From NCBI GenBank assembly GCA_902570905.1, contig CACFZX010000001.1:786-64785 (forward strand): a stretch of 64,000 nt of DNA, given 5' to 3'. This document shows positions 32,026-42,545 of the stretch, in pieces. Below the pieces are notes generated by a model, which had not been told where the DNA came from, did no database searches, and was given only the letters and a program-made list of their open reading frames with translations. Position numbers and translations under genes: made by a program. Numbering within the stretch: position 1 is the stretch's first letter; every line of letters begins with the position of its first letter. This stretch comes from an uncultured Pelagibacteraceae bacterium. Lineage in GTDB: Bacteria; Pseudomonadota; Alphaproteobacteria; Pelagibacterales; Pelagibacteraceae.

Positions 32026-32131
32026 GCTATGCAATTTATGTATAAGTTATTAATTGAAAAAGAGAAAAAATCAACAAATTCAATGATAAATAACAATTTT
32101 TAGTTGTATGAATATTTAGTAAACCTTTTAG

Positions 32132-32614
32132 ATGAATGAGTTATTAAACAAAGAACCTGTAAAAAGAGTTCAAAAGAAGCTACTAGAGTTTGATGCCAGT
32201 TACAAAGTGATGGTGCTTGCTAGTTCTGCTAGAACTGCTCAAGAAGCAGCAGAAAGTTTAAATACAGATGTTGGCTCAATTGTCAAAAGTTTATTATTTA
32301 AATCTGAAAATAATTTTATTCTATGTTTAGTTTCAGGTGATAGAAGGTGTTCTTTAAATAAATTAAAAAAAATAAAACAACAAAAAGATATTTCTATGGC
32401 AAATCCGCAATCAGTGAAAGAAGTGACAGGATTTACAATTGGAGGTGTTTCTCCAATAGGACATTTGAAAGAAGTAGAAATATTTATTGATAATAATTTA
32501 AAAAGATTTCAAAATATTTATGCTGCAGCTGGTCATCCTAATTGCGTTTATAAAGTTAACTTTGAAAATCTTTTAAAAATGACTAATGGAAAAGTAGAAG
32601 ATTTTACCGAATGA
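32132..32614 (+). CDS. YbaK/EbsC family aminoacyl-tRNA deacylase
   Basis: TA..AA..L, IVKSL, TG..IGGVSP.G, AAAG. Confidence 0.9.
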   Translation: MNELLNKEPVKRVQKKLLEFDASYKVMVLASSARTAQEAAESLNTDVGSIVKSLLFKSENNFILCLVSGDRRCSLNKLKKIKQQKDISMANPQSVKEVTGFTIGGVSPIGHLKEVEIFIDNNLKRFQNIYAAAGHPNCVYKVNFENLLKMTNGKVEDFTE

Positions 32615-33507
32615 AATCTCCTACTTTAAAAGATTATTTATTGCTTTCTGCTTTATCGCTGATCTGGGCATCTGCTTTTTTTAATATTAAAATTGCAACA
32701 TATTCTTATGGACCAATTACAATTGCATGTCTAAGAATTTTGTTTGGCGCTGTACCAGTAATTTTATTGTGCATGTATCAAAGAATAAAAATTGAAGCTT
32801 TTTCAAAAGATTGGAAGTGGTTTGCTGCAATTGGTTTTATTAATTTAGTTATACCCTTTTTTTTAATTGCATATGGTGTACAGAAGGTTCAAAGTAATTT
32901 AGCAGCAATTTTAATGTCATCTACACCAATAAGCGCTACAATACTCGCGCATATATATACTGATAAAGAAAAAATAAATTTTTATAAAATAATAGGAATT
33001 TTATTGGGGTTTTCAGGAATAGTATATTTATTTTCAGATAATTTACTTATAACAAAAGACAATTTTTTTAGCGCTTTAATGATTTTACTAGGGTCAACAT
33101 TTTATGTGATCGGTGGAATACTTACTTTAAAAATTAGTCATAAAAAAAATGAAAATGTAACAGCATCAATATTAATTTGGGGAACTATAATAATTCTTCC
33201 AATATCAATAATTTTTGAGCAGCCTTGGAACTTTACTCCAAGATTAGACTCAACTTTATCATTAATTTATTTAGGGATTTTTCCTACAGGTATAGCATGG
33301 TTGTTAAGATTTATGATACTTAAAAAAAATGGTGTAGTTTTCCAAAGTCAGGTAGCTTTTTTAATTCCAATATTTGGAGTTATTTTAGGATATATATTTT
33401 TACAAGAGATAATAACTTCAAAAGTTATGTTATCTTTAGTAGCAGTAGTTTTAGGTATTTATTTTGTAAAAAAATCAACTACCAGTAAAAATTTTTGGGG
33501 AACTTAA
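32611..33507 (+). CDS. DMT/EamA family transporter
   Basis: Ten hydrophobic helices, IW...F, R...G, duplicated EamA pattern. Confidence 0.88.
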   Translation: MKSPTLKDYLLLSALSLIWASAFFNIKIATYSYGPITIACLRILFGAVPVILLCMYQRIKIEAFSKDWKWFAAIGFINLVIPFFLIAYGVQKVQSNLAAILMSSTPISATILAHIYTDKEKINFYKIIGILLGFSGIVYLFSDNLLITKDNFFSALMILLGSTFYVIGGILTLKISHKKNENVTASILIWGTIIILPISIIFEQPWNFTPRLDSTLSLIYLGIFPTGIAWLLRFMILKKNGVVFQSQVAFLIPIFGVILGYIFLQEIITSKVMLSLVAVVLGIYFVKKSTTSKNFWGT

Positions 33508-34424
33508 TTTTTTAATGATCTTAAAGCATTAATATAATTTGGAGAAACATTGCAGCATCCTCCTAGTATTGTTGCTCCTTCATCCATAATTTCCTTTGAA
33601 AAATCTTTAAAAATATTTGTGTTGACTTCACTTCTAAAACCCAGAACTTCATTTGGATTTTTTCCATCTTGAAAATATTTTGCAGTATTAAATTGATTTA
33701 CTGGCATGGGCTCCTCTACTTTCCATAGGTTAATTTTGCATCCATATGGAATATCGAGGCTTTTAAATTCATTTAAACTTTTTTTGGTTATTTCTAATGA
33801 TACACACGACCCAACCAAGCCAATCCAATTGCTACTTTTAAATTTTTTATAAACTTCTGTAATACTCTCACCCGATGGAAGTTTACCATTTTTTTTTATA
33901 TGCAAACCAACAAGAACTGGAACATTCATTTTTTCGATAATTTCACATGCAGCTTCCACTTCTCTTCCACTAGAAAATACATCTAAGTAAAAAAAATCTA
34001 TATAAGGTTGAATTAATTTTGCCTGATCATTTAAATCCTTTTTAATTTCAGATATATCTCTATCATCAACAACATAAGTTCCACCTTGGGCTGGCAAACT
34101 TCCAGCAATCAAAACATCTTTTTTTGAAAGATCTCTTGCTTTTACAGCAAGTTCGCATGATTTTTTGTTTACATAATCAAATTTATCTTCAACTTTATTT
34201 TCTATTAGTCTCATTCTTCTACTACTAAAATTATTTGTAACAATTACATCTGCACCAGCATTTATAAAAGAAAGATGTACATCAACTACCAATTTATGAA
34301 AATTTTCATCAAGCAATGCACTTGTTGACCACAATGTCCCTTTAGATTTAAGACCTTTTCTTAATAATTCTTGACCCATTCCTCCATCTAAAATTCTAAG
34401 GTTTTTGAAATAGTTCAAATCCAT
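33504..34424 (-). CDS. Homocysteine S-methyltransferase family (MmuM/BHMT-like)
   Basis: LDGGMG.EL, LWS, H..FI.AGAD, AGSLP, Zn ligands GSC and GGCC. Confidence 0.88.
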   Translation of the reverse strand: MDLNYFKNLRILDGGMGQELLRKGLKSKGTLWSTSALLDENFHKLVVDVHLSFINAGADVIVTNNFSSRRMRLIENKVEDKFDYVNKKSCELAVKARDLSKKDVLIAGSLPAQGGTYVVDDRDISEIKKDLNDQAKLIQPYIDFFYLDVFSSGREVEAACEIIEKMNVPVLVGLHIKKNGKLPSGESITEVYKKFKSSNWIGLVGSCVSLEITKKSLNEFKSLDIPYGCKINLWKVEEPMPVNQFNTAKYFQDGKNPNEVLGFRSEVNTNIFKDFSKEIMDEGATILGGCCNVSPNYINALRSLKN

Positions 34425-34426
34425 AT

Positions 34427-35284
34427 TTATTTTTTCTCTCTAGTAGCAATATAAACACCAATTGTGGTTATTATAAAACCAAAAATATCAACTAAATCTA
34501 AATTTTCGTTTAAAAACATCCATGCCATTAAAGCAGATGTCGGTGGAATTAAAAAGAAAAATGATACTGTTTTACTTGCTGAATTTTTTTTTATCAAAAA
34601 CATAAGAATTGTAAAAGCACCAAAAGAAACTAAAAGTATTTGATGACTTATCGCAATAATAAATGTAGTGGTAAAATCTATGAAAGGTCTTTCAACCAGA
34701 AAGAATATTATAAATAAATGAAAAGCACATCCACCTAAGGCTTGATACATATTACTTACTGGTAAAGATAAATTTGTACTAATTTTTTTTTGCCAAAGAG
34801 TTGCTGCTGTTACAGCAAATAGTGAGATAAATGCAGATATTATTCCTACCGTTGGAAGTGTTTTTCCAATATCAAAACCAATAACAAGGCTTGCACCAAC
34901 AAAACCTAAAATTACACCCAACCATCTATTTAATGTTATTTTTTCATTTAATAAAGGTCCCGCTAGCGCATTAGTTAAAACTGGTTGAAGTGTTACTATC
35001 AAAGCTGCTATTCCGGTAGGTAGTCCAATTGAAATAGAATAAAAAACACCACCAAGATAAAAACCGTGAAATAATATACCTGTGCCAATAGAATGTAAAA
35101 AATTTTTTGACTTATTTAAAATTTTTGAACTAGAAAAAAAAGAAAACAAAAAAAAACCAAAGGATACTATTAAAAATCTAAAACATAATGCAGTAAAAGG
35201 ATCACTGTTATCGACTATTGGTTTTGTTGTTATGAATGCAGAGGACCAGAGTATTACAAATATTATTGGTAAAAATTTAGTCAC
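34427..35284 (-). CDS. DMT/EamA family transporter
   Basis: LWSSAF, RF, YLGGVF, LQP.LT, two EamA repeats. Confidence 0.88.
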   Translation of the reverse strand: MTKFLPIIFVILWSSAFITTKPIVDNSDPFTALCFRFLIVSFGFFLFSFFSSSKILNKSKNFLHSIGTGILFHGFYLGGVFYSISIGLPTGIAALIVTLQPVLTNALAGPLLNEKITLNRWLGVILGFVGASLVIGFDIGKTLPTVGIISAFISLFAVTAATLWQKKISTNLSLPVSNMYQALGGCAFHLFIIFFLVERPFIDFTTTFIIAISHQILLVSFGAFTILMFLIKKNSASKTVSFFFLIPPTSALMAWMFLNENLDLVDIFGFIITTIGVYIATREKK

Positions 35285-35302
35285 AATTAATTATTAATTA
35301 AT

Positions 35303-36097
35303 TTAATTCTTAGAAGCTCTATCTATCTCTTTTAATTCAACTTCTAGCTTATCTAATTCTTCACCACCTGCCATCATACTTAATAGTTTTTCTCTAGATA
35401 TATTTTTTTTTTCGAATGTTCCTAAACTTTTTCCTCTATTTAGCACAGTAAAACTATTACCAACAGGATAAGCATGGTGCACATTATGTGTTATTAAAAT
35501 TACAGCTAATCCTTGTGATGCTGCTTTAACTATATATTTTAAAACTACAGACGCTTGATGAACACCTAGTGCAGAGGTTGGTTCATCTAAAATTAAAACT
35601 TTTGCACCAAAATATATTGCTCTGGATATAGCTAAACATTGTCTTTCTCCACCTGACATTGTTCCAACAGCTTGTGAGGGATCTCTAACATCAATACCTA
35701 TTTGACCCATTCTTTCAGCAGCTATTTTATTTGCCTTTTCAATATCAAAAGTTTTAAAAAAAGGTATTCCTCTTTGTGGTTCTCTACCCATAAAAAAATT
35801 TCTAGTAACACTCATCAAAGATACCAACGCAAGATCCTGATATACAGTTGCAATTCCCATATCCAAGGCATCTTTTGGTGAGTCAAATATTGTTTGCTCT
35901 CCTTCAACAATAATTTCACCTTCGTCTGGTTTGTGAACTCCAGCTAATGTTTTAATTAACGTAGATTTTCCAGCACCATTGTCTCCAAGTAAACACATTA
36001 TTTCACCTTTTTTTAATTTCATTGTTACATCTTTTAATGCAATTACTTTTCCAAAAAATTTACTTATGTTGTTAAATTGAACAAGATATTCTGACAT
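35303..36097 (-). CDS. Sugar (inositol-type) ABC transporter ATP-binding protein
   Basis: [26 protein letters not shown]; single-domain CUT2 ATPase. Confidence 0.9.
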   Translation of the reverse strand: MSEYLVQFNNISKFFGKVIALKDVTMKLKKGEIMCLLGDNGAGKSTLIKTLAGVHKPDEGEIIVEGEQTIFDSPKDALDMGIATVYQDLALVSLMSVTRNFFMGREPQRGIPFFKTFDIEKANKIAAERMGQIGIDVRDPSQAVGTMSGGERQCLAISRAIYFGAKVLILDEPTSALGVHQASVVLKYIVKAASQGLAVILITHNVHHAYPVGNSFTVLNRGKSLGTFEKKNISREKLLSMMAGGEELDKLEVELKEIDRASKN

Positions 36098-37224
36098 TAT
36101 TTACTCTCAGTAACTTTCTTTCTTATAAAATTATTAAATACGACAGCAATTAACATCATTGCGCCTAAAAAAACTTTAAACCAATCAGTATCCACATCTG
36201 TATAAAAAATTCCCATTGAAACTGTGCCAAAAATTATTGCTCCAAAGGCAGCACCTATCGCAGACCCGTAACCTCCAGTTAACAAACAACCACCAACAAC
36301 TGCAGCTGCAATTGCTTCTAATTCTTTTAAAGTTCCTCTCATAGTATCTGCTGATCCTGCGTCTAATACTTGAATACATGCAAAAATTGTTGAGGCAACA
36401 GCAGTTCCTATGAATAAACTTATTTTAACTCTTCCAACTGGAACACCAACATTTGTAGCGCCAACTTTATCTCCACCTGAAGCGAAAATCCAATTTCCAT
36501 ATCTAGTTTTCATTAAAACCCATGTAGCAAAAATTGTTAAAGCTACAAACCATATTACAGAAGGGGGTATGCCTGTTGCTAGGGGCGTTCCATCAGTCCT
36601 TAATTCAATCAATTCTTTTGATCCCAACCAATTAAAAAGCCATTTAAAACTATCTGTTGCAAATATCCATGCAATCGGATCATTCTCTATTAAAACTCTT
36701 AAACCAGGAACCTGAGTTCTTCCAGTTATTAATCTTGTAATTGCTAATGTTGCTCCTCTTAAAATAAACAACATTGCCAAAGTAACAATAAATGAAGGCA
36801 AACCAGTTCTCACAACCAGTATACCATTAAAATATCCAACCAAAACTGCCATCGCAAAAGCAAAAATAATACTAGTCCATAGTGGCCACCCCCAATAAAT
36901 GGCTGGAATAGCAATACAGATACCAGCAAAACCAATCATAGATCCAATGGATAAATCAAACTCACCTCCAATCATTAACATCGCTGCAGCAATAGCAATT
37001 ATTCCTAAATTTGCTGAAACATCTAAAAAATTTAAAGTACCATATGCACTAAACATTCCAGTATCCCCAGCAATAATACCAAAAAATATAAATACTAAAA
37101 TAGATCCACCCAGTGCACCAAGTTCAGGTCTATTTAATAAAACTTTTAATACTGAAATTTTCTTTAATCTTTCATCTTTTGAAAATTCTTTTTTGGATTC
37201 AATACTTTTAGATTTTTCTGACAT
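36097..37224 (-). CDS. Sugar (inositol-type) ABC transporter permease
   Basis: [33 protein letters not shown] (RbsC family). Confidence 0.9.
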   Translation of the reverse strand: MSEKSKSIESKKEFSKDERLKKISVLKVLLNRPELGALGGSILVFIFFGIIAGDTGMFSAYGTLNFLDVSANLGIIAIAAAMLMIGGEFDLSIGSMIGFAGICIAIPAIYWGWPLWTSIIFAFAMAVLVGYFNGILVVRTGLPSFIVTLAMLFILRGATLAITRLITGRTQVPGLRVLIENDPIAWIFATDSFKWLFNWLGSKELIELRTDGTPLATGIPPSVIWFVALTIFATWVLMKTRYGNWIFASGGDKVGATNVGVPVGRVKISLFIGTAVASTIFACIQVLDAGSADTMRGTLKELEAIAAAVVGGCLLTGGYGSAIGAAFGAIIFGTVSMGIFYTDVDTDWFKVFLGAMMLIAVVFNNFIRKKVTESK

Positions 37225-37240
37225 TATTATTACTTATTAT

Positions 37241-37277
37241 AAAAAAAAGGCCTGACTAGAAATTAAGTCAGGCCTTT
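37241..37277 (-). terminator. Intrinsic terminator/stabilising hairpin between binding-protein and permease genes
   Basis: 12-bp stem AAAGGCCTGACT / AGTCAGGCCTTT with 8-nt loop, ending in a T8 run on the minus strand. Confidence 0.85.
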
Positions 37278-37288
37278 AATAATAGATT

Positions 37289-38212
37289 TTATCTATAACC
37301 TTGAGCTGCCCACTTAATTACAGCACTAGCATTTTTTGGTGTTACAAATCCAGGTCCAGTCATAACTACACCAGCTGGCATTGTTCCCCATCTCATATAC
37401 TGACCAAATATTGCTATCGGCAAGTAACCTTGAAGATATTGTTGTTGGTCAATCAAAAACTCTACTTTGCCTGCAGCAGCAGCCTTTAACATGTTAGGAG
37501 ACATATCAAATGTTCCTAATTTTACTTTACCAACTTTACCTGCTGATTCTAAAGCTTTTAATGCTGCTTCACCAGATAAACCAGCACCTAAAGTTAAGAT
37601 AGTATCGTATCCACCACCTAATTTAGCTGCAACAGCTTTTTGAATTTCAGTTGGGTCATTAGAAGTACCTAGAATATCAACACTTCCTCCAAAACCTTTT
37701 TTGAAACCTGCACATCTTCTGTCTAGCGCAACGTTTCCAACTTCGTGGTTAACACATAATGCTTTTTTTCCACCAGCGGCTTTCATTTTTTGTCCACCAC
37801 CAACGCCAGCTTCAAACTCAGTTTGTCCAACGTGAGCACTTATTCCTAAAGAAGCATAGTCATCAGAACCAGAGTTCATAGAAATTACTGGTATACCAGC
37901 AGCTATCGCAGCTTTAACTGATTTTCCTAAAGCAGCAGCATCTGGTAAAGTTATCACAATACCTTTAGGTTTTTGTGATACAGCATTGTCAATTAATTTT
38001 GCCATTTCCACCATGTCAAAAGTTGCAGGTGCTGTGTACTTGCAAGATATTCCCATATCCTTGCATCCAGCATCTACACCATTTTTAGCTACTGACCAAA
38101 ATGGATCATTAGCTTGACCGTGTGAAACAACAATTACATCTACAGCTAATGCTGATACAGACATCATAGCCCATGCAGCAATTGCTAATATAAAGTTTTT
38201 TAATGTTTTCAT
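37289..38212 (-). CDS. Sugar ABC transporter substrate-binding protein, probably inositol
   Basis: Signal peptide, VSHGQANDPFWSV, DQQQYLQGY; PBP type I fold; adjacent to iolG/iolE. Confidence 0.85.
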   Translation of the reverse strand: MKTLKNFILAIAAWAMMSVSALAVDVIVVSHGQANDPFWSVAKNGVDAGCKDMGISCKYTAPATFDMVEMAKLIDNAVSQKPKGIVITLPDAAALGKSVKAAIAAGIPVISMNSGSDDYASLGISAHVGQTEFEAGVGGGQKMKAAGGKKALCVNHEVGNVALDRRCAGFKKGFGGSVDILGTSNDPTEIQKAVAAKLGGGYDTILTLGAGLSGEAALKALESAGKVGKVKLGTFDMSPNMLKAAAAGKVEFLIDQQQYLQGYLPIAIFGQYMRWGTMPAGVVMTGPGFVTPKNASAVIKWAAQGYR

Positions 38213-38256
38213 TAAATTTTCCTCTTATTGTTTTAAAGTTAAGTTTTTAAAAAAGA

Positions 38257-38286
38257 ATTTTAATCAAAATATCATTAACTTGTAAA
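38257..38286 (-). promoter_or_regulatory. Candidate sigma70 promoter for the binding-protein gene
   Basis: Minus strand TTTACA-N18-TAAAAT about 45 nt upstream of the start codon; AT-rich background lowers specificity. Confidence 0.35.
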
Positions 38287-38317
38287 GGTGAGAGGTTCTA
38301 TTCTAGTTCTAGTTGAT

Positions 38318-39322
38318 TTAAATAAAATTAAGTTTTTCCAATTTTCTTGAAAAAATAGATTTTTGTGCAGCATTTGCCATAATTAAAGCTTTTCTACCTT
38401 CTTCAAATTCCGCAAGAGGTCTTAAATTTTTTTTAATAAATTTTGAAAAGTCATAAAGTTGATTTTTGTAAGCCTCTTTATATCTTTCTACAAAGAAATG
38501 CATCAATGGCTCTTTACCAGAAGTTGAGTTGCTTGAGTATAAAGATGTCTCGTTTTCTCTTTTATTATCAGAAATTATCATTCCTTTAGAACCAAATAAT
38601 TCAACTCTTTGATCGTAACCAAAACTACAATGTCTTGAATTAGTAATTATACACTGAACCCCTTTTTGAGATTTTATCATACATGAAGCTAATTCATAAT
38701 CTTTAATAATATTAAATTTAGAATTTGATATATTACTACCAGTAGCAATGAGTTTCTTTGGAACATCCTTCCCAAGATAAAATCTTACAAGATCAAAATC
38801 ATGTATCATCATGTCTCTAAATATTCCTCCAGATTCCTTTAAATATTTAAAAGAAGGTGGAGCAGGATCTCGACTAGTAATAATAATTTTTTCTAATTTA
38901 CCTATTTTTCCTTGTAATAGTTTTTTTTTTAAACTGTTATGTCCCGGGTCATATCTTCTATTAAATCCTAATTGAATTTTAGGTTTAAATTTTTTAATTT
39001 TTTTTTTACAGGCATTAATTTTATTAATATCTAAATCTAATGGTTTCTCACAAAATATTGCTTTTTTATATTTTGCAGCATCTGTAATAAGTTTAATATG
39101 AGTAGACGTAGTGGATGCTATAAAAACTGCATCTATCTTTTTATCTCTTAATGCAATTGATGGATTATCTATAGGATTTGATTTAAGAATTTTTGCTGTT
39201 TTTTGAGTTAATTTTTTGTTTAAATCATAAACATAATGTAAATTAAAATCTTTATTTCTCATGAGATTTTTCCCATGCATGAAACCAATCCTCCCTAAGC
39301 CAAATAAAGCGATGTTAATCAT
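38318..39322 (-). CDS. iolG: myo-Inositol 2-dehydrogenase
   Basis: G.GRIG..H, CEKP, GFNRRYDP, SRDP.PP, SGG.F.DM.IHDFD, YDQR.E. Confidence 0.9.
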   Translation of the reverse strand: MINIALFGLGRIGFMHGKNLMRNKDFNLHYVYDLNKKLTQKTAKILKSNPIDNPSIALRDKKIDAVFIASTTSTHIKLITDAAKYKKAIFCEKPLDLDINKINACKKKIKKFKPKIQLGFNRRYDPGHNSLKKKLLQGKIGKLEKIIITSRDPAPPSFKYLKESGGIFRDMMIHDFDLVRFYLGKDVPKKLIATGSNISNSKFNIIKDYELASCMIKSQKGVQCIITNSRHCSFGYDQRVELFGSKGMIISDNKRENETSLYSSNSTSGKEPLMHFFVERYKEAYKNQLYDFSKFIKKNLRPLAEFEEGRKALIMANAAQKSIFSRKLEKLNFI

Positions 39323-39375
39323 TTTTTTGTTTGAATTAAAAAATTAATTTTATATCTTAACCAAAAATATTATTT

Positions 39376-40278
39376 ATGTCAGTAAAATTAGGAGTAGCAC
39401 CAATAGCATGGAGTAATGATGATATGCCAGAGTTAGGCGGCGATACTACTTTAGAGCAATGCTTAGACGAAGCAAGCCAAGCAGGTTATATCGGAGTAGA
39501 AAGCGGAGGAAAATTTCCAAAAAAATCATCAGAATTAATTCCAAAGTTAAATAAGTATAAACTACATCTTTGTTCAGGATGGTATGGAGCTAATTTAAGA
39601 AAAAATTCAGTTAGAGATGAAAAAGAATTAATCAAAGAACAATTGCAATTATTTAAAGATTGCCACTCACCATGTATAGTTTTTGCTGAAGTGTCAGGAT
39701 CAATTCAAGGTGATCCCAATAGAAAATTATCTACAAGACCTCAAATGCAAAAAGACGAATGGAAAGAATTTTGTAATAAAATTTCAGAAATGGGAAAATT
39801 TTTAGAAGATCAAGAAATGCCTTTAGCTTACCATCATCACATGGGAACGGTTATAGAAACTCAAGAGGATACAGAAAGACTTTTGGATAATACACATGAC
39901 AGTGTAAAATTAACTCTGGACACCGGGCATATGTTATTTGCAAAAGGGGATTCAAAAAAAATATTAGAAAATTATAAAACTCGACTAAAACATATACATT
40001 GCAAAGATATTAGAAAAAATGTTCTTGAGAAATCGTTGAGCAAAGATTTTAGTTTCAGGTCTGCTTTCTTAGAAGGTGCTTTTACTGTGCCAGGAGACGG
40101 CTGTATTGATTACATACCTTTATTTGAAATTCTTAAAAATAATAATTATTCAGGTTGGTTAGTTGTTGAGGCTGAGCAGGATCCTAAAAAAGCAAATCCC
40201 TTAGAGTATGCCATTAAAGGTTTTAATTATTTAAAAAATACTTTGGATAAAACTAATATTCAGATAGAGCAAAGTTAA
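39376..40278 (+). CDS. iolE: myo-Inosose-2 dehydratase
   Basis: PI.WSNDD.PELG, YHHHMGT, DTGH, H.KD, VEAEQDP. Confidence 0.94.
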   Translation: MSVKLGVAPIAWSNDDMPELGGDTTLEQCLDEASQAGYIGVESGGKFPKKSSELIPKLNKYKLHLCSGWYGANLRKNSVRDEKELIKEQLQLFKDCHSPCIVFAEVSGSIQGDPNRKLSTRPQMQKDEWKEFCNKISEMGKFLEDQEMPLAYHHHMGTVIETQEDTERLLDNTHDSVKLTLDTGHMLFAKGDSKKILENYKTRLKHIHCKDIRKNVLEKSLSKDFSFRSAFLEGAFTVPGDGCIDYIPLFEILKNNNYSGWLVVEAEQDPKKANPLEYAIKGFNYLKNTLDKTNIQIEQS

Positions 40279-40779
40279 TTATCTATAAATTGAGGTTAAC
40301 TCGTTATTTCCTGCTGCTACACATGGTGATTTAAAACAAGTTCCAACAATCCATTCAGAACCTGGTTCTGGTTGAAAGTTTGAAGACATTAAAAATATGA
40401 CACCCATTTCTACAGATTGTCCAGCTTTTCCTTCAGCTTTAATTCTTGGATCTGGGTCTGTTTTAACTTTAGAGTCGTCAGAAAAAGGGTTTTTTATTTC
40501 TAAATTTTTATTGATATAATTTACAACTTTATCTGCTATCCATTCACCATTACATGGATCTCCCCATAAAGTTAAGGAACCTTCACCAGAATTTCCACAT
40601 TTATTTACTTCATTATTTAAAAAATCCACAACCTGTTTATGATTTTCTTTAACTAAATTAGCTTTAGCTTCAACAGCTGGCCTTGTACTAGCTGTCCAAA
40701 TTAACATACCAACCACATACATTAATGATACTAGAACTAAAGCTTGTAATAATCCAAAGTTTTTAAAGTTAATTCTCAT
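40279..40779 (-). CDS. Membrane-anchored pilin-like protein with degenerate prepilin motif
   Basis: Short basic leader, hydrophobic helix, then AK.N..K.NH..VV.F...E..KC segment resembling type IV pilin alpha1-C; four Cys. Confidence 0.5.
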   Translation of the reverse strand: MRINFKNFGLLQALVLVSLMYVVGMLIWTASTRPAVEAKANLVKENHKQVVDFLNNEVNKCGNSGEGSLTLWGDPCNGEWIADKVVNYINKNLEIKNPFSDDSKVKTDPDPRIKAEGKAGQSVEMGVIFLMSSNFQPEPGSEWIVGTCFKSPCVAAGNNELTSIYR

Positions 40780-40782
40780 TAA

Positions 40783-41748
40783 TTAAAGTTTAATTATTTT
40801 TGATTTGTCTAATCTTTTTTCAAAAAAATCAATAATATTTTGTATCGTTTCTTTTGCCATTCTAATCATACATTCTTCAGTAAATGCTGCGGTATGAGGG
40901 CTTAACATAACTTTATCGTTTTTTAATAATGGATTACTCTTATCAGGAGGCTCAGTATGAAAAACATCTAAACCAGCTCCAAAAATTAAATTTTCTTTCA
41001 GTGCTTTATCTAAGTCTACTTCGTTTATGATACCACCTCTTGCAGCATTTATTAATATACAATTTTTTTTCATAGTCTTTAATAAACTATAATTTATTAA
41101 ATTTTCTGTATCTTTATTTAGGGGTATATGTAAAGAAATTGCATCCATATCTTTTACTGCATTAGCTAAATTATCTACTTTTTTTCCACCTAACTTTTCA
41201 ATAATTTCCTTCGAAACAAACGGATCATATATAAATACATTCATCTCAAATCCCTTACATCTTTTGATTAAACATTGACCAATTCTTCCAAATCCAGCGA
41301 TTAAAATATTTTTATTCCATAATTCAATAGTCTTGGGTAATTTATTTCTTTCCACGAATCTTCCTGATTTTACCGTTGAATCGTACATATCTTTTCTTTT
41401 AGAAATATTTAAAAGCATAAACATTACATGTTCCGCTACCGCAACAGCATTAGCAGTAGCAGTTATTGAAAGTGTTATATTATTTTTTTTAGCTGCTTGA
41501 GTATCAATATTATCATACCCAACACCATGTCTTGATATAATTTGCAATTTTTTGGAATTATTTATTAAATCACCTGGTAATTTTGCAGTTCTAATTGAAA
41601 GAGCATCACATTCAGAAATTTTAGAAATTATATTTTTAGTATCTAAATTTTCAATTACCTCAAAATCAAAATTAGGATGATTTTCTAAAAGATCTATTCC
41701 AGCTTTATGAATAGATTGAATCACCAAAATTTTTTTTTTATCAGACAC
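40783..41748 (-). CDS. D-2-hydroxyacid dehydrogenase (SerA-like, no ACT domain)
   Basis: RHGVGYDN, VAEH, GFGRIG, INAARG, DVF..EP, SPH.A. Confidence 0.9.
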   Translation of the reverse strand: MSDKKKILVIQSIHKAGIDLLENHPNFDFEVIENLDTKNIISKISECDALSIRTAKLPGDLINNSKKLQIISRHGVGYDNIDTQAAKKNNITLSITATANAVAVAEHVMFMLLNISKRKDMYDSTVKSGRFVERNKLPKTIELWNKNILIAGFGRIGQCLIKRCKGFEMNVFIYDPFVSKEIIEKLGGKKVDNLANAVKDMDAISLHIPLNKDTENLINYSLLKTMKKNCILINAARGGIINEVDLDKALKENLIFGAGLDVFHTEPPDKSNPLLKNDKVMLSPHTAAFTEECMIRMAKETIQNIIDFFEKRLDKSKIIKL

Positions 41749-41753
41749 TTAAA

Positions 41754-42545
41754 TTAATATGCTTTTGAGTCTTCGTTAGATTTTACAGATTTTAGTTTAG
41801 AAACTGCACTTTTTGCTCCTGCGCTCATATATCTTTGATCAGAACCAATTGTAACGAGATTAAATCCTAGTTCTAACATTTTTTGTGCATATTCTGGAGT
41901 TGCATTATGTATACCAGCAAAAATATTATTTTTTTTAGCATGGCTCAAAATATTAACAATCTGTTTATAAGTTGGACTACCTTCAGGGTTATCGAAAGCT
42001 GGTTTTTCACCTATTGCTAAACTTAAGTCAGCTGGTCCTATATAAATACCATCCAAACCATCCGTACTCATTATTTCATCTAACTTATCTAGAGCTTCTT
42101 TAGTTTCAATCATTGCTATTTTTAGAATTTCATCATTTGCATGATTACCATAATCTCCACCACCATAAATTAATCCTCTTATTGGGCCAAAACTTCTATA
42201 TCCTTTAGGAGGATACATGCATGCTTTAACAAATTTTTCTGCTTCAAGTTTATTACTTACCATTGGACATATTACTCCATAACAACCTGCATCTAAAATT
42301 TTCATTATTTGTCCTGGTTCGTTCCAATTAACCCTAGCTAAAGGTGTAACATCTGTAGAAGATATTGATTGAAGCATTTGTAAAGCATTTGGGTAATCTA
42401 TTACACCATGCTGCATATCAATTGTTAAAGAGTCCCATCCTTGATGGGACATAACTTCAGCAGAAAAGGAACTTGGAATTTGTAACCAGCCGTTTACAAT
42501 TGGCTTTCCTTCTTTAATCATCTTTTTAATTTTATTAATTCTCAT
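41754..42545 (-). CDS. HpcH/HpaI class II pyruvate aldolase
   Basis: IDMQHG, RV, LDAG..G.I.PMV, YPP.G.RS, MIET, IGPADL. Confidence 0.92.
   Translation of the reverse strand: MRINKIKKMIKEGKPIVNGWLQIPSSFSAEVMSHQGWDSLTIDMQHGVIDYPNALQMLQSISSTDVTPLARVNWNEPGQIMKILDAGCYGVICPMVSNKLEAEKFVKACMYPPKGYRSFGPIRGLIYGGGDYGNHANDEILKIAMIETKEALDKLDEIMSTDGLDGIYIGPADLSLAIGEKPAFDNPEGSPTYKQIVNILSHAKKNNIFAGIHNATPEYAQKMLELGFNLVTIGSDQRYMSAGAKSAVSKLKSVKSNEDSKAY

Noticed and set aside
31990-32035. ATTTGAAC in the loop of the glnA inverted repeat resembling a SAM-V loop
   Set aside because: No downstream pseudoknot partner or CUAAA element, and it is oriented away from any methionine gene
31914-32096. 60-aa ORF upstream of glnA as a possible glnB remnant or leader peptide
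   Set aside because: No PII motifs, non-ATG start, overlaps glnA out of frame
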